Source of the DNA: the human T2T-CHM13v2.0 reference genome, Homo sapiens
Direction: 5' to 3' (one strand)
NCBI RefSeq assembly: GCF_009914755.1
Contig: NC_060942.1
Length of the DNA: 64,000 nucleotides
Below the pieces are notes generated by a model. That model made no database searches. It had not been told where the DNA came from and saw only the letters and a list, made by a program, of their open reading frames with translations. Positions 25,001-40,000 of the stretch are shown piece after piece. Each line of letters begins with the position of its first letter. The first letter of the stretch is position 1. Position numbers and translations under genes: made by a program.

Positions 25001-28000
25001 AAAAAGGAAATAATCTTCCCATAAAAACTAGACAGAAGCATTCTCAGAAACTTACTCGTGATGTGTGTCCTCAACTAAAGGAGTAGAACCTTTCTTTTCA
25101 TAGAGAAGTTTTGAAACGCTCTTTTTGTGGAATCTGCAAGTGGATATTTGGCTAGTTTTGAGGATTTCGTTGGAAGCGGGAATTCATACAAATTGCAGAC
25201 TGCAGCGTTCTGAGAAACATCTTTGTGATGTTTGTATTCAGGACACAGAGTTGAACATTCCCTATCATAGAGCAGGTTTGAATCACTCCTTTTGTAGTAT
25301 CTGGAAGTGGACATTTGGAGCGCTTTCAGGCCTATGTTGGAAAAGGAAATATCTTCCCATAACAACTAGACAGAAGCATTCTCAGAAACTTATTTGAGAT
25401 GTGTGTACTCAACTAAGAGAATTGAACCACCGTTTTGAAGGAGCAGTTTTGAAACTCTCTTTTTCTGGAATCTGCAAGTGGATATTTGGCTAGCTTTGGG
25501 GATTTCGCTGGAAGCGGGAATACATATAAAAAGCACACAGCAGCGTTCTGAGAAACTGCTTTCTGATGTTTGCATTCAAGTCAAAAGTTGAACACTCCCT
25601 TTCATAGAGCAGTCCTGAAACACCCCTTTTGTAGTATCTGGAACTGGACTTTTGGAGCGATTTCAGGGCTAAGGTGAAAAAGGAAATATCTTCCCATAAA
25701 AACTGGACAGAAGCATTCTCAGAAACTTGTTTATGCTGTATCTACTCAACTAACAAAGTTGAACCTTTCTTTTGATAGAGCAGTTTTGAAATGGTCTTTT
25801 TGTGGAATCTGCAAGTGGATATTTGGCTAGTTTTGAGGATTTCGTTGGAAGCGGGAATTCATACAAATTGCAGACTGCAGCGTTCTGAGAAACATCTTTG
25901 TGATGTTTGTATTCAGGACACAGAGTTGAACATTCCCTATCATAGAGCAGGTTGGAATCACTCCTTTTGTAGTATCTGGAAGTGGACATTTGGAGCGCTT
26001 TCAGGCCTATTTTGGAAAGGGAAATATCTTCCCGTAACAACTATGCAGAAGCATTCTCAGAAACTTGTTTGTGATGTTGTGCCCTCTACTGACAGAGTTG
26101 AACCTTTCTTTTCATAGAGCAGTTTTGAAACACTCTTTTTGTAGAATCTGCAAGAGGATATTTGCATAGCTTTGAGGATTTCGTGGGAAACGGGATTGTC
26201 TTCAGGTAAAATCTAGACAGAAGCATTCTCAGAAACTTCTTTGGGATGTTTGCATTCAAGTCACAGAGTAGAACATTCCCTTTGGTAGAGCAGGTTTGAA
26301 ACACTCTTTTTGTAGTATCTGGAAGTGGACATTTGGAGCGCTTTCAGGCCCATGTTGGAAAGGGAAATATCTTCCCGTAACAACTAGGCAGAAGCATTCT
26401 CAGAAACTTATTTGAGATGTGTGTACTCAACTAAGAGAATTGAACCACCGTTTTGAAGGAGCAGTTTTGAAACACTCTTTTTCTGGAATCTGCAAGAGGA
26501 TATTTGCCTAGCCTTGAGGATTTCGTTGGAAACGGGATTGTCTTCAGAGAAAATCTAGACAGAAGCATTCTCAGAAACTTCTTTGGGATGCTTGCATTCA
26601 AGTCACAGAGTAGAACATTCCCTTTGGTAGAGCAGGTTTGAAACACTCTTTTCGTAGTATCTGGAAGTGGACATTTGGAGCGCTTTCAGGCCTACGTTGG
26701 AAAAGGAAATATCTTCCCATAACAACTAGACAGAAGCATTCTCAGAAACTAGTTTCTGATGTGTGTCCTCAACTAACACAGTTGAACATTTCTTTAGACA
26801 GAACAGTTTTGAAACACTCTTTTTGTGGAATCTGCAAGTGGCTATTTGGCTAGATTTGAGGATTTCGTTGGAAACGGGATTACATATAAAAAGCAGTCAG
26901 CGGCATTCTCAGAAAGTTCTTTGTGATGATTGCATTCAAGTCACAGAATTGAACATTCCCTTTCACAGAGCAGGTTTGAAACACTCTTTTTGTAGTGTGT
27001 GTAAGTGGACATTTGGAGCACTTACCGGCCTAAGGTGAAAAAGGAAATATCTTCCCATAAAAACTAGACAGAAGCATTCTCAGAAACTTACTCGTGATGT
27101 GTGTCCTCAACTAAAGGAGTAGAACCTTTCTTTTCATAGAGAAGTTTTGAAACGCTCTTTTTGTGGAATCTGCAAGTGGATATTTGGCTAGTTTTGAGGA
27201 TTTCGTTGGAAGCGGGAATTCATACAAATTGCAGACTGCAGCGTTCTGAGAAACATCTTTGTGATGTTTGTATTCAGGACACAGAGTTGAACATTCCCTA
27301 TCATAGAGCAGGTTTGAATCACTCCTTTTGTAGTATCTGGAAGTGGACATTTGGAGCGCTTTCAGGCCTATGTTGGAAAAGGAAATATCTTCCCATAACA
27401 ACTAGACAGAAGCATTCTCAGAAACTTATTTGAGATGTGTGTACTCAACTAAGAGAATTGAACCACCGTTTTGAAGGAGCAGTTTTGAAACTCTCTTTTT
27501 CTGGAATCTGCAAGTGGATATTTGGCTAGCTTTGGGGATTTCGCTGGAAGCGGGAATACATATAAAAAGCACACAGCAGCGTTCTGAGAAACTGCTTTCT
27601 GATGTTTGCATTCAAGTCAAAAGTTGAACACTCCCTTTCATAGAGCAGTCCTGAAACACCCCTTTTGTAGTATCTGGAACTGGACTTTTGGAGCGATTTC
27701 AGGGCTAAGGTGAAAAAGGAAATATCTTCCCATAAAAACTGGACAGAAGCATTCTCAGAAACTTGTTTATGCTGTATCTACTCAACTAACAAAGTTGAAC
27801 CTTTCTTTTGATAGAGCAGTTTTGAAATGGTCTTTTTGTGGAATCTGCAAGTGGATATTTGGCTAGTTTTGAGGATTTCGTTGGAAGCGGGAATTCATAC
27901 AAATTGCAGACTGCAGCGTTCTGAGAAACATCTTTGTGATGTTTGTATTCAGGACACAGAGTTGAACATTCCCTATCATAGAGCAGGTTGGAATCACTCC

Positions 28001-31000
28001 TTTTGTAGTATCTGGAAGTGGACATTTGGAGCGCTTTCAGGCCTATTTTGGAAAGGGAAATATCTTCCCGTAACAACTATGCAGAAGCATTCTCAGAAAC
28101 TTGTTTGTGATGTTGTGCCCTCTACTGACAGAGTTGAACCTTTCTTTTCATAGAGCAGTTTTGAAACACTCTTTTTGTAGAATCTGCAAGAGGATATTTG
28201 CATAGCTTTGAGGATTTCGTGGGAAACGGGATTGTCTTCAGGTAAAATCTAGACAGAAGCATTCTCAGAAACTTCTTTGGGATGTTTGCATTCAAGTCAC
28301 AGAGTAGAACATTCCCGCTGGTAGAGCAGGTTTGAAACACTCTTTTTGTAGTATCTGGAAGTGGACATTTGGAGCGCTTTCAGGCCCATGTTGGAAAGGG
28401 AAATATCTTCCCGTAACAACTAGGCAGAAGCATTCTCAGAAACTTATTTGAGATGTGTGTACTCAACTAAGAGAATTGAACCACCGTTTTGAAGGAGCAG
28501 TTTTGAAACACTCTTTTTCTGGAATCTGCAAGAGGATATTTGCCTAGCCTTGAGGATTTCGTTGGAAACGGGATTGTCTTCAGAGAAAATCTAGACAGAA
28601 GCATTCTCAGAAACTTCTTTGGGATGCTTGCATTCAAGTCACAGAGTAGAACATTCCCTTTGGTAGAGCAGGTTTGAAACACTCTTTTTGTAGTATCTGG
28701 AAGTGGACATTTGGAGCGCTTTCAGGCCTACGTTGGAAAAGGAAATATCTTCCCATAACAACTAGACAGAAGCATTCTCAGAAACTAGTTTCTGATGTGT
28801 GTCCTCAACTAACACAGTTGAACATTTCTTTAGACAGAACAGTTTTGAAACACTCTTTTTGTGGAATCTGCAAGTGGCTATTTGGCTAGATTTGAGGATT
28901 TCGTTGGAAACGGGATTACATATAAAAAGCAGTCAGCAGCATTCTCAGAAAGTTCTTTGTGATGATTGCATTCAAGTCACAGAATTGAACATTCCCTTTC
29001 ACAGAGCAGGTTTGAAACACTCTTTTTGTAGTGTGTGTAAGTGGACATTTGGAGCACTTACCGGCCTAAGGTGAAAAAGGAAATAATCTTCCCATAAAAA
29101 CTAGACAGAAGCATTCTCAGAAACTTACTCGTGATGTGTGTCCTCAACTAAAGGAGTAGAACCTTTCTTTTCATAGAGAAGTTTTGAAACGCTCTTTTTG
29201 TGGAATCTGCAAGTGGATATTTGGCTAGTTTTGAGGATTTCGTTGGAAGCGGGAATTCATACAAATTGCAGACTGCAGCGTTCTGAGAAACATCTTTGTG
29301 ATGTTTGTATTCAGGACACAGAGTTGAACATTCCCTATCATAGAGCAGGTTGGAATCACTCCTTTTGTAGTATCTGGAAGTGGACATTTGGAGCGCTTTC
29401 AGGCCTATGTTGGAAAAGGAAATATCTTCCCATAACAACTAGACAGAAGCATTCTCAGAAACTTATTTGAGATGTGTGTACTCAACTAAGAGAATTGAAC
29501 CACCGTTTTGAAGGAGCAGTTTTGAAACTCTCTTTTTCTGGAATCTGCAAGTGGATATTTGGCTAGCTTTGGGGATTTCGCTGGAAGCGGGAATACATAT
29601 AAAAAGCACACAGCAGCGTTCTGAGAAACTGCTTTCTGATGTTTGCATTCAAGTCAAAAGTTGAACACTCCCTTTCATAGAGCAGTCCTGAAACACCCCT
29701 TTTGTAGTATCTGGAACTGGACTTTTGGAGCGATTTCAGGGCTAAGGTGAAAAAGGAAATATCTTCCCATAAAAACTGGACAGAAGCATTCTCAGAAACT
29801 TGTTTATGCTGTATCTACTCAACTAACAAAGTTGAACCTTTCTTTTGATAGAGCAGTTTTGAAATGGTCTTTTTGTGGAATCTGCAAGTGGATATTTGGC
29901 TAGTTTTGAGGATTTCGTTGGAAGCGGGAATTCATACAAATTGCAGACTGCAGCGTTCTGAGAAACATCTTTGTGATGTTTGTATTCAGGACACAGAGTT
30001 GAACATTCCCTATCATAGAGCAGGTTGGAATCACTCCTTTTGTAGTATCTGGAAGTGGACATTTGGAGCGCTTTCAGGCCTATTTTGGAAAGGGAAATAT
30101 CTTCCCGTAACAACTATGCAGAAGCATTCTCAGAAACTTGTTTGTGATGTTGTGCCCTCTACTGACAGAGTTGAACCTTTCTTTTCATAGAGCAGTTTTG
30201 AAACACTCTTTTTGTAGAATCTGCAAGAGGATATTTGCATAGCTTTGAGGATTTCGTGGGAAACGGGATTGTCTTCAGGTAAAATCTAGACAGAAGCATT
30301 CTCAGAAACTTCTTTGGGATGTTTGCATTCAAGTCACAGAGTAGAACATTCCCTTTGGTAGAGCAGGTTTGAAACACTCTTTTTGTAGTATCTGGAAGTG
30401 GACATTTGGAGCGCTTTCAGGCCCATGTTGGAAAGGGAAATATCTTCCCGTAACAACTAGGCAGAAGCATTCTCAGAAACTTATTTGAGATGTGTGTACT
30501 CAACTAAGAGAATTGAACCACCGTTTTGAAGGAGCAGTTTTGAAACACTCTTTTTCTGGAATCTGCAAGAGGATATTTGCCTAGCCTTGAGGATTTCGTT
30601 GGAAACGGGATTGTCTTCAGAGAAAATCTAGACAGAAGCATTCTCAGAAACTTCTTTGGGATGCTTGCATTCAAGTCACAGAGTAGAACATTCCCTTTGG
30701 TAGAGCAGGTTTGAAACACTCTTTTCGTAGTATCTGGAAGTGGACATTTGGAGCGCTTTCAGGCCTACGTTGGAAAAGGAAATATCTTCCCATAACAACT
30801 AGACAGAAGCATTCTCAGAAACTAGTTTCTGATGTGTGTCCTCAACTAACACAGTTGAACATTTCTTTAGACAGAACAGTTTTGAAACACTCTTTTTGTG
30901 GAATCTGCAAGTGGCTATTTGGCTAGATTTGAGGATTTCGTTGGAAACGGGATTACATATAAAAAGCAGTCAGCAGCATTCTCAGAAAGTTCTTTGTGAT

Positions 31001-34000
31001 GATTGCATTCAAGTCACAGAATTGAACATTCCCTTTCACAGAGCAGGTTTGAAACACTCTTTTTGTAGTGTGTGTAAGTGGACATTTGGAGCACTTACCG
31101 GCCTAAGGTGAAAAAGGAAATAATCTTCCCATAAAAACTAGACAGAAGCATTCTCAGAAACTTACTCGTGATGTGTGTCCTCAACTAAAGGAGTAGAACC
31201 TTTCTTTTCATAGAGAAGTTTTGAAACGCTCTTTTTGTGGAATCTGCAAGTGGATATTTGGCTAGTTTTGAGGATTTCGTTGGAAGCGGGAATTCATACA
31301 AATTGCAGACTGCAGCGTTCTGAGAAACATCTTTGTGATGTTTGTATTCAGGACACAGAGTTGAACATTCCCTATCATAGAGCAGGTTGGAATCACTCCT
31401 TTTGTAGTATCTGGAAGTGGACATTTGGAGCGCTTTCAGGCCTATGTTGGAAAAGGAAATATCTTCCCATAACAACTAGACAGAAGCATTCTCAGAAACT
31501 TATTTGAGATGTGTGTACTCAACTAAGAGAATTGAACCACCGTTTTGAAGGAGCAGTTTTGAAACTCTCTTTTTCTGGAATCTGCAAGTGGATATTTGGC
31601 TAGCTTTGGGGATTTCGCTGGAAGCGGGAATACATATAAAAAGCACACAGCAGCGTTCTGAGAAACTGCTTTCTGATGTTTGCATTCAAGTCAAAAGTTG
31701 AACACTCCCTTTCATAGAGCAGTCCTGAAACACCCCTTTGGTAGTATCTGGAACTGGACTTTTGGAGCGATTTCAGGGCTAAGGTGAAAAAGGAAATATC
31801 TTCCCATAAAAACTGGACAGAAGCATTCTCAGAAACTTGTTTATGCTGTATCTACTCAACTAACAAAGTTGAACCTTTCTTTTGATAGAGCAGTTTTGAA
31901 ATGGTCTTTTTGTGGAATCTGCAAGTGGATATTTGGCTAGTTTTGAGGATTTCGTTGGAAGCGGGAATTCATACAAATTGCAGACTGCAGCGTTCTGAGA
32001 AACATCTTTGTGATGTTTGTATTCAGGACACAGAGTTGAACATTCCCTATCATAGAGCAGGTTGGAATCACTCCTTTTGTAGTATCTGGAAGTGGACATT
32101 TGGAGCGCTTTCAGGCCTATTTTGGAAAGGGAAATATCTTCCCGTAACAACTATGCAGAAGCATTCTCAGAAACTTGTTTGTGATGTTGTGCCCTCTACT
32201 GACAGAGTTGAACCTTTCTTTTCATAGAGCAGTTTTGAAACACTCTTTTTGTAGAATCTGCAAGAGGATATTTGCATAGCTTTGAGGATTTCGTGGGAAA
32301 CGGGATTGTCTTCAGGTAAAATCTAGACAGAAGCATTCTCAGAAACTTCTTTGGGATGTTTGCATTCAAGTCACAGAGTAGAACATTCCCTTTGGTAGAG
32401 CAGGTTTGAAACACTCTTTTTGTAGTATCTGGAAGTGGACATTTGGAGCGCTTTCAGGCCCATGTTGGAAAGGGAAATATCTTCCCGTAACAACTAGGCA
32501 GAAGCATTCTCAGAAACTTATTTGAGATGTGTGTACTCAACTAAGAGAATTGAACCACCGTTTTGAAGGAGCAGTTTTGAAACACTCTTTTTCTGGAATC
32601 TGCAAGAGGATATTTGCCTAGCCTTGAGGATTTCGTTGGAAACGGGATTGTCTTCAGAGAAAATCTAGACAGAAGCATTCTCAGAAACTTCTTTGGGATG
32701 CTTGCATTCAAGTCACAGAGTAGAACATTCCCTTTGGTAGAGCAGGTTTGAAACACTCTTTTCGTAGTATCTGGAAGTGGACATTTGGAGCGCTTTCAGG
32801 CCTACGTTGGAAAAGGAAATATCTTCCCATAACAACTAGACAGAAGCATTCTCAGAAACTAGTTTCTGATGTGTGTCCTCAACTAACACAGTTGAACATT
32901 TCTTTAGACAGAACAGTTTTGAAACACTCTTTTTGTGGAATCTGCAAGTGGCTATTTGGCTAGATTTGAGGATTTCGTTGGAAACGGGATTACATATAAA
33001 AAGCAGTCAGCAGCATTCTCAGAAAGTTCTTTGTGATGATTGCATTCAAGTCACAGAATTGAACATTCCCTTTCACAGAGCAGGTTTGAAACACTCTTTT
33101 TGTAGTGTGTGTAAGTGGACATTTGGAGCACTTACCGGCCTAAGGTGAAAAAGGAAATAATCTTCCCATAAAAACTAGACAGAAGCATTCTCAGAAACTT
33201 ACTCGTGATGTGTGTCCTCAACTAAAGGAGTAGAACCTTTCTTTTCATAGAGAAGTTTTGAAACGCTCTTTTTGTGGAATCTGCAAGTGGATATTTGGCT
33301 AGTTTTGAGGATTTCGTTGGAAGCGGGAATTCATACAAATTGCAGACTGCAGCGTTCTGAGAAACATCTTTGTGATGTTTGTATTCAGGACACAGAGTTG
33401 AACATTCCCTATCATAGAGCAGGTTTGAATCACTCCTTTTGTAGTATCTGGAAGTGGACATTTGGAGCGCTTTCAGGCCTATGTTGGAAAAGGAAATATC
33501 TTCCCATAACAACTAGACAGAAGCATTCTCAGAAACTTATTTGAGATGTGTGTACTCAACTAAGAGAATTGAACCACCGTTTTGAAGGAGCAGTTTTGAA
33601 ACTCTCTTTTTCTGGAATCTGCAAGTGGATATTTGGCTAGCTTTGGGGATTTCGCTGGAAGCGGGAATACATATAAAAAGCACACAGCAGCGTTCTGAGA
33701 AACTGCTTTCTGATGTTTGCATTCAAGTCAAAAGTTGAACACTCCCTTTCATAGAGCAGTCCTGAAACACCCCTTTTGTAGTATCTGGAACTGGACTTTT
33801 GGAGCGATTTCAGGGCTAAGGTGAAAAAGGAAATATCTTCCCATAAAAACTGGACAGAAGCATTCTCAGAAACTTGTTTATGCTGTATCTACTCAACTAA
33901 CAAAGTTGAACCTTTCTTTTGATAGAGCAGTTTTGAAATGGTCTTTTTGTGGAATCTGCAAGTGGATATTTGGCTAGTTTTGAGGATTTCGTTGGAAGCG

Positions 34001-37000
34001 GGAATTCATACAAATTGCAGACTGCAGCGTTCTGAGAAACATCTTTGTGATGTTTGTATTCAGGACACAGAGTTGAACATTCCCTATCATAGAGCAGGTT
34101 GGAATCACTCCTTTTGTAGTATCTGGAAGTGGACATTTGGAGCGCTTTCAGGCCTATTTTGGAAAGGGAAATATCTTCCCGTAACAACTATGCAGAAGCA
34201 TTCTCAGAAACTTGTTTGTGATGTTGTGCCCTCTACTGACAGAGTTGAACCTTTCTTTTCATAGAGCAGTTTTGAAACACACTTTTTGTAGAATCTGCAA
34301 GAGGATATTTGCATAGCTTTGAGGATTTCGTGGGAAACGGGATTGTCTTCAGGTAAAATCTAGACAGAAGCATTCTCAGAAACTTCTTTGGGATGTTTGC
34401 ATTCAAGTCACAGAGTAGAACATTCCCGCTGGTAGAGCAGGTTTGAAACACTCTTTTTGTAGTATCTGGAAGTGGACATTTGGAGCGCTTTCAGGCCCAT
34501 GTTGGAAAGGGAAATATCTTCCCGTAACAACTAGGCAGAAGCATTCTCAGAAACTTATTTGAGATGTGTGTACTCAACTAAGAGAATTGAACCACCGTTT
34601 TGAAGGAGCAGTTTTGAAACACTCTTTTTCTGGAATCTGCAAGAGGATATTTGCCTAGCCTTGAGGATTTCGTTGGAAACGGGATTGTCTTCAGAGAAAA
34701 TCTAGACAGAAGCATTCTCAGAAACTTCTTTGGGATGCTTGCATTCAAGTCACAGAGTAGAACATTCCCTTTGGTAGAGCAGGTTTGAAACACTCTTTTC
34801 GTAGTATCTGGAAGTGGACATTTGGAGCGCTTTCAGGCCTACGTTGGAAAAGGAAATATCTTCCCATAACAACTAGACAGAAGCATTCTCAGAAACTAGT
34901 TTCTGATGTGTGTCCTCAACTAACACAGTTGAACATTTCTTTAGACAGAACAGTTTTGAAACACTCTTTTTGTGGAATCTGCAAGTGGCTATTTGGCTAG
35001 ATTTGAGGATTTCGTTGGAAACGGGATTACATATAAAAAGCAGTCAGCAGCATTCTCAGAAAGTTCTTTGTGATGATTGCATTCAAGTCACAGAATTGAA
35101 CATTCCCTTTCACAGAGCAGGTTTGAAACACTCTTTTTGTAGTGTGTGTAAGTGGACATTTGGAGCACTTACCGGCCTAAGGTGAAAAAGGAAATAATCT
35201 TCCCATAAAAACTAGACAGAAGCATTCTCAGAAACTTACTCGTGATGTGTGTCCTCAACTAAAGGAGTAGAACCTTTCTTTTCATAGAGAAATTTTGAAA
35301 CGCTCTTTTTGTGGAATCTGCAAGTGGATATTTGGCTAGTTTTGAGGATTTCGTTGGAAGCGGGAATTCATACAAATTGCAGACTGCAGCGTTCTGAGAA
35401 ACATCTTTGTGATGTTTGTATTCAGGACACAGAGTTGAACATTCCCTATCATAGAGCAGGTTTGAATCACTCCTTTTGTAGTATCTGGAAGTGGACATTT
35501 GGAGCGCTTTCAGGCCTATGTTGGAAAAGGAAATATCTTCCCATAACAACTAGACAGAAGCATTCTCAGAAACTTATTTGAGATGTGTGTACTCAACTAA
35601 GAGAATTGAACCACCGTTTTGAAGGAGCAGTTTTGAAACTCTCTTTTTCTGGAATCTGCAAGTGGATATTTGGCTAGCTTTGGGGATTTCGCTGGAAGCG
35701 GGAATACATATAAAAAGCACACAGCAGCGTTCTGAGAAACTGCTTTCTGATGTTTGCATTCAAGTCAAAAGTTGAACACTCCCTTTCATAGAGCAGTCCT
35801 GAAACACCCCTTTTGTAGTATCTGGAACTGGACTTTTGGAGCGATTTCAGGGCTAAGGTGAAAAAGGAAATATCTTCCCATAAAAACTGGACAGAAGCAT
35901 TCTCAGAAACTTGTTTATGCTGTATCTACTCAACTAACAAAGTTGAACCTTTCTTTTGATAGAGCAGTTTTGAAATGCTCTTTTTGTGGAATCTGCAAGT
36001 GGATATTTGGCTAGTTTTGAGGATTTCGTTGGAAGCGGGAATTCATACAAATTGCAGACTGCAGCGTTCTGAGAAACATCTTTGTGATGTTTGTATTCAG
36101 GACACAGAGTTGAACATTCCCTATCATAGAGCAGGTTGGAATCACTCCTTTTGTAGTATCTGGAAGTGGACATTTGGAGCGCTTTCAGGCCTATTTTGGA
36201 AAGGGAAATATCTTCCCGTAACAACTATGCAGAAGCATTCTCAGAAACTTGTTTGTGATGTGTGCCCTCTACTGACAGAGTTGAACCTTTCTTTTCATAG
36301 AGCAGTTTTGAAACACTCTTTTTGTAGAATCTGCAAGAGGATATTTGCATAGCTTTGAGGATTTCGTGGGAAACGGGATTGTCTTCAGGTAAAATCTAGA
36401 CAGAAGCATTCTCAGAAACTTCTTTGGGATGTTTGCATTCAAGTCACAGAGTAGAACATTCCCTTTGGTAGAGCAGGTTTGAAACACTCTTTTTGTAGTA
36501 TCTGGAAGTGGACATTTGGAGCGCTTTCAGGCCCATGTTGGAAAGGGAAATATCTTCCCGTAACAACTAGGCAGAAGCATTCTCAGAAACTTATTTGAGA
36601 TGTGTGTACTCAACTAAGAGAATTGAACCACCGTTTTGAAGGAGCAGTTTTGAAACACTCTTTTTCTGGAATCTGCAAGAGGATATTTGCCTAGCCTTGA
36701 GGATTTCGTTGGAAACGGGATTGTCTTCAGAGAAAATCTAGACAGAAGCATTCTCAGAAACTTCTTTGGGATGCTTGCATTCAAGTCACAGAGTAGAACA
36801 TTCCCTTTGGTAGAGCAGGTTTGAAACACTCTTTTTGTAGTATCTGGAAGTGGACATTTGGAGCGCTTTCAGGCCTACGTTGGAAAAGGAAATATCTTCC
36901 CATAACAACTAGACAGAAGCATTCTCAGAAACTAGTTTCTGATGTGTGTCCTCAACTAACACAGTTGAACATTTCTTTAGACAGAACAGTTTTGAAACAC

Positions 37001-40000
37001 TCTTTTTGTGGAATCTGCAAGTGGCTATTTGGCTAGATTTGAGGATTTCGTTGGAAACGGGATTACATATAAAAAGCAGTCAGCAGCATTCTCAGAAAGT
37101 TCTTTGTGATGATTGCATTCAAGTCACAGAATTGAACATTCCCTTTCACAGAGCAGGTTTGAAACACTCTTTTTGTAGTGTGTGTAAGTGGACATTTGGA
37201 GCACTTACCGGCCTAAGGTGAAAAAGGAAATAATCTTCCCATAAAAACTAGACAGAAGCATTCTCAGAAACTTACTCGTGATGTGTGTCCTCAACTAAAG
37301 GAGTAGAACCTTTCTTTTCATAGAGAAGTTTTGAAACGCTCTTTTTGTGGAATCTGCAAGTGGATATTTGGCTAGTTTTGAGGATTTCGTTGGAAGCGGG
37401 AATTCATACAAATTGCAGACTGCAGCGTTCTGAGAAACATCTTTGTGATGTTTGTATTCAGGACACAGAGTTGAACATTCCCTATCATAGAGCAGGTTTG
37501 AATCACTCCTTTTGTAGTATCTGGAAGTGGACATTTGGAGCGCTTTCAGGCCTATGTTGGAAAAGGAAATATCTTCCCATAACAACTAGACAGAAGCATT
37601 CTCAGAAACTTATTTGAGATGTGTGTACTCAACTAAGAGAATTGAACCACCGTTTTGAAGGAGCAGTTTTGAAACTCTCTTTTTCTGGAATCTGCAAGTG
37701 GATATTTGGCTAGCTTTGGGGATTTCGCTGGAAGCGGGAATACATATAAAAAGCACACAGCAGCGTTCTGAGAAACTGCTTTCTGATGTTTGCATTCAAG
37801 TCAAAAGTTGAACACTCCCTTTCATAGAGCAGTCCTGAAACACCCCTTTGGTAGTATCTGGAACTGGACTTTTGGAGCGATTTCAGGGCTAAGGTGAAAA
37901 AGGAAATATCTTCCCATAAAAACTGGACAGAAGCATTCTCAGAAACTTGTTTATGCTGTATCTACTCAACTAACAAAGTTGAACCTTTCTTTTGATAGAG
38001 CAGTTTTGAAATGGTCTTTTTGTGGAATCTGCAAGTGGATATTTGGCTAGTTTTGAGGATTTCGTTGGAAGCGGGAATTCATACAAATTGCAGACTGCAG
38101 CGTTCTGAGAAACATCTTTGTGATGTTTGTATTCAGGACACAGAGTTGAACATTCCCTATCATAGAGCAGGTTGGAATCACTCCTTTTGTAGTATCTGGA
38201 AGTGGACATTTGGAGCGCTTTCAGGCCTATTTTGGAAAGGGAAATATCTTCCCGTAACAACTATGCAGAAGCATTCTCAGAAACTTGTTTGTGATGTTGT
38301 GCCCTCTACTGACAGAGTTGAACCTTTCTTTTCATAGAGCAGTTTTGAAACACTCTTTTTGTAGAATCTGCAAGAGGATATTTGCATAGCTTTGAGGATT
38401 TCGTGGGAAACGGGATTGTCTTCAGGTAAAATCTAGACAGAAGCATTCTCAGAAACTTCTTTGGGATGTTTGCATTCAAGTCACAGAGTAGAACATTCCC
38501 TTTGGTAGAGCAGGTTTGAAACACTCTTTTTGTAGTATCTGGAAGTGGACATTTGGAGCGCTTTCAGGCCCATGTTGGAAAGGGAAATATCTTCCCGTAA
38601 CAACTAGGCAGAAGCATTCTCAGAAACTTATTTGAGATGTGTGTACTCAACTAAGAGAATTGAACCACCGTTTTGAAGGAGCAGTTTTGAAACACTCTTT
38701 TTCTGGAATCTGCAAGAGGATATTTGCCTAGCCTTGAGGATTTCGTTGGAAACGGGATTGTCTTCAGAGAAAATCTAGACAGAAGCATTCTCAGAAACTT
38801 CTTTGGGATGTTTGCATTCAAGTCACAGAGTAGAACATTCCCTTTGGTAGAGCAGGTTTGAAACACTCTTTTCGTAGTATCTGGAAGTGGACATTTGGAG
38901 CGCTTTCAGGCCTACGTTGGAAAAGGAAATATCTTCCCATAACAACTAGACAGAAGCATTCTCAGAAACTAGTTTCTGATGTGTGTCCTCAACTAACACA
39001 GTTGAACATTTCTTTAGACAGAACAGTTTTGAAACACTCTTTTTGTGGAATCTGCAAGTGGCTATTTGGCTAGATTTGAGGATTTCGTTGGAAACGGGAT
39101 TACATATAAAAAGCAGTCAGCAGCATTCTCAGAAAGTTCTTTGTGATGATTGCATTCAAGTCACAGAATTGAACATTCCCTTTCACAGAGCAGGTTTGAA
39201 ACACTCTTTTTGTAGTGTGTGTAAGTGGACATTTGGAGCACTTACCGGCCTAAGGTGAAAAAGGAAATAATCTTCCCATAAAAACTAGACAGAAGCATTC
39301 TCAGAAACTTACTCGTGATGTGTGTCCTCAACTAAAGGAGTAGAACCTTTCTTTTCATAGAGAAGTTTTGAAACGCTCTTTTTGTGGAATCTGCAAGTGG
39401 ATATTTGGCTAGTTTTGAGGATTTCGTTGGAAGCGGGAATTCATACAAATTGCAGACTGCAGCGTTCTGAGAAACATCTTTGTGATGTTTGTATTCAGGA
39501 CACAGAGTTGAACATTCCCTATCATAGAGCAGGTTGGAATCACTCCTTTTGTAGTATCTGGAAGTGGACATTTGGAGCGCTTTCAGGCCTATGTTGGAAA
39601 AGGAAATATCTTCCCATAACAACTAGACAGAAGCATTCTCAGAAACTTATTTGAGATGTGTGTACTCAACTAAGAGAATTGAACCACCGTTTTGAAGGAG
39701 CAGTTTTGAAACTCTCTTTTTCTGGAATCTGCAAGTGGATATTTGGCTAGCTTTGGGGATTTCGCTGGAAGCGGGAATACATATAAAAAGCACACAGCAG
39801 CGTTCTGAGAAACTGCTTTCTGATGTTTGCATTCAAGTCAAAAGTTGAACACTCCCTTTCATAGAGCAGTCCTGAAACACCCCTTTTGTAGTATCTGGAA
39901 CTGGACTTTTGGAGCGATTTCAGGGCTAAGGTGAAAAAGGAAATATCTTCCCATAAAAACTGGACAGAAGCATTCTCAGAAACTTGTTTATGCTGTATCT

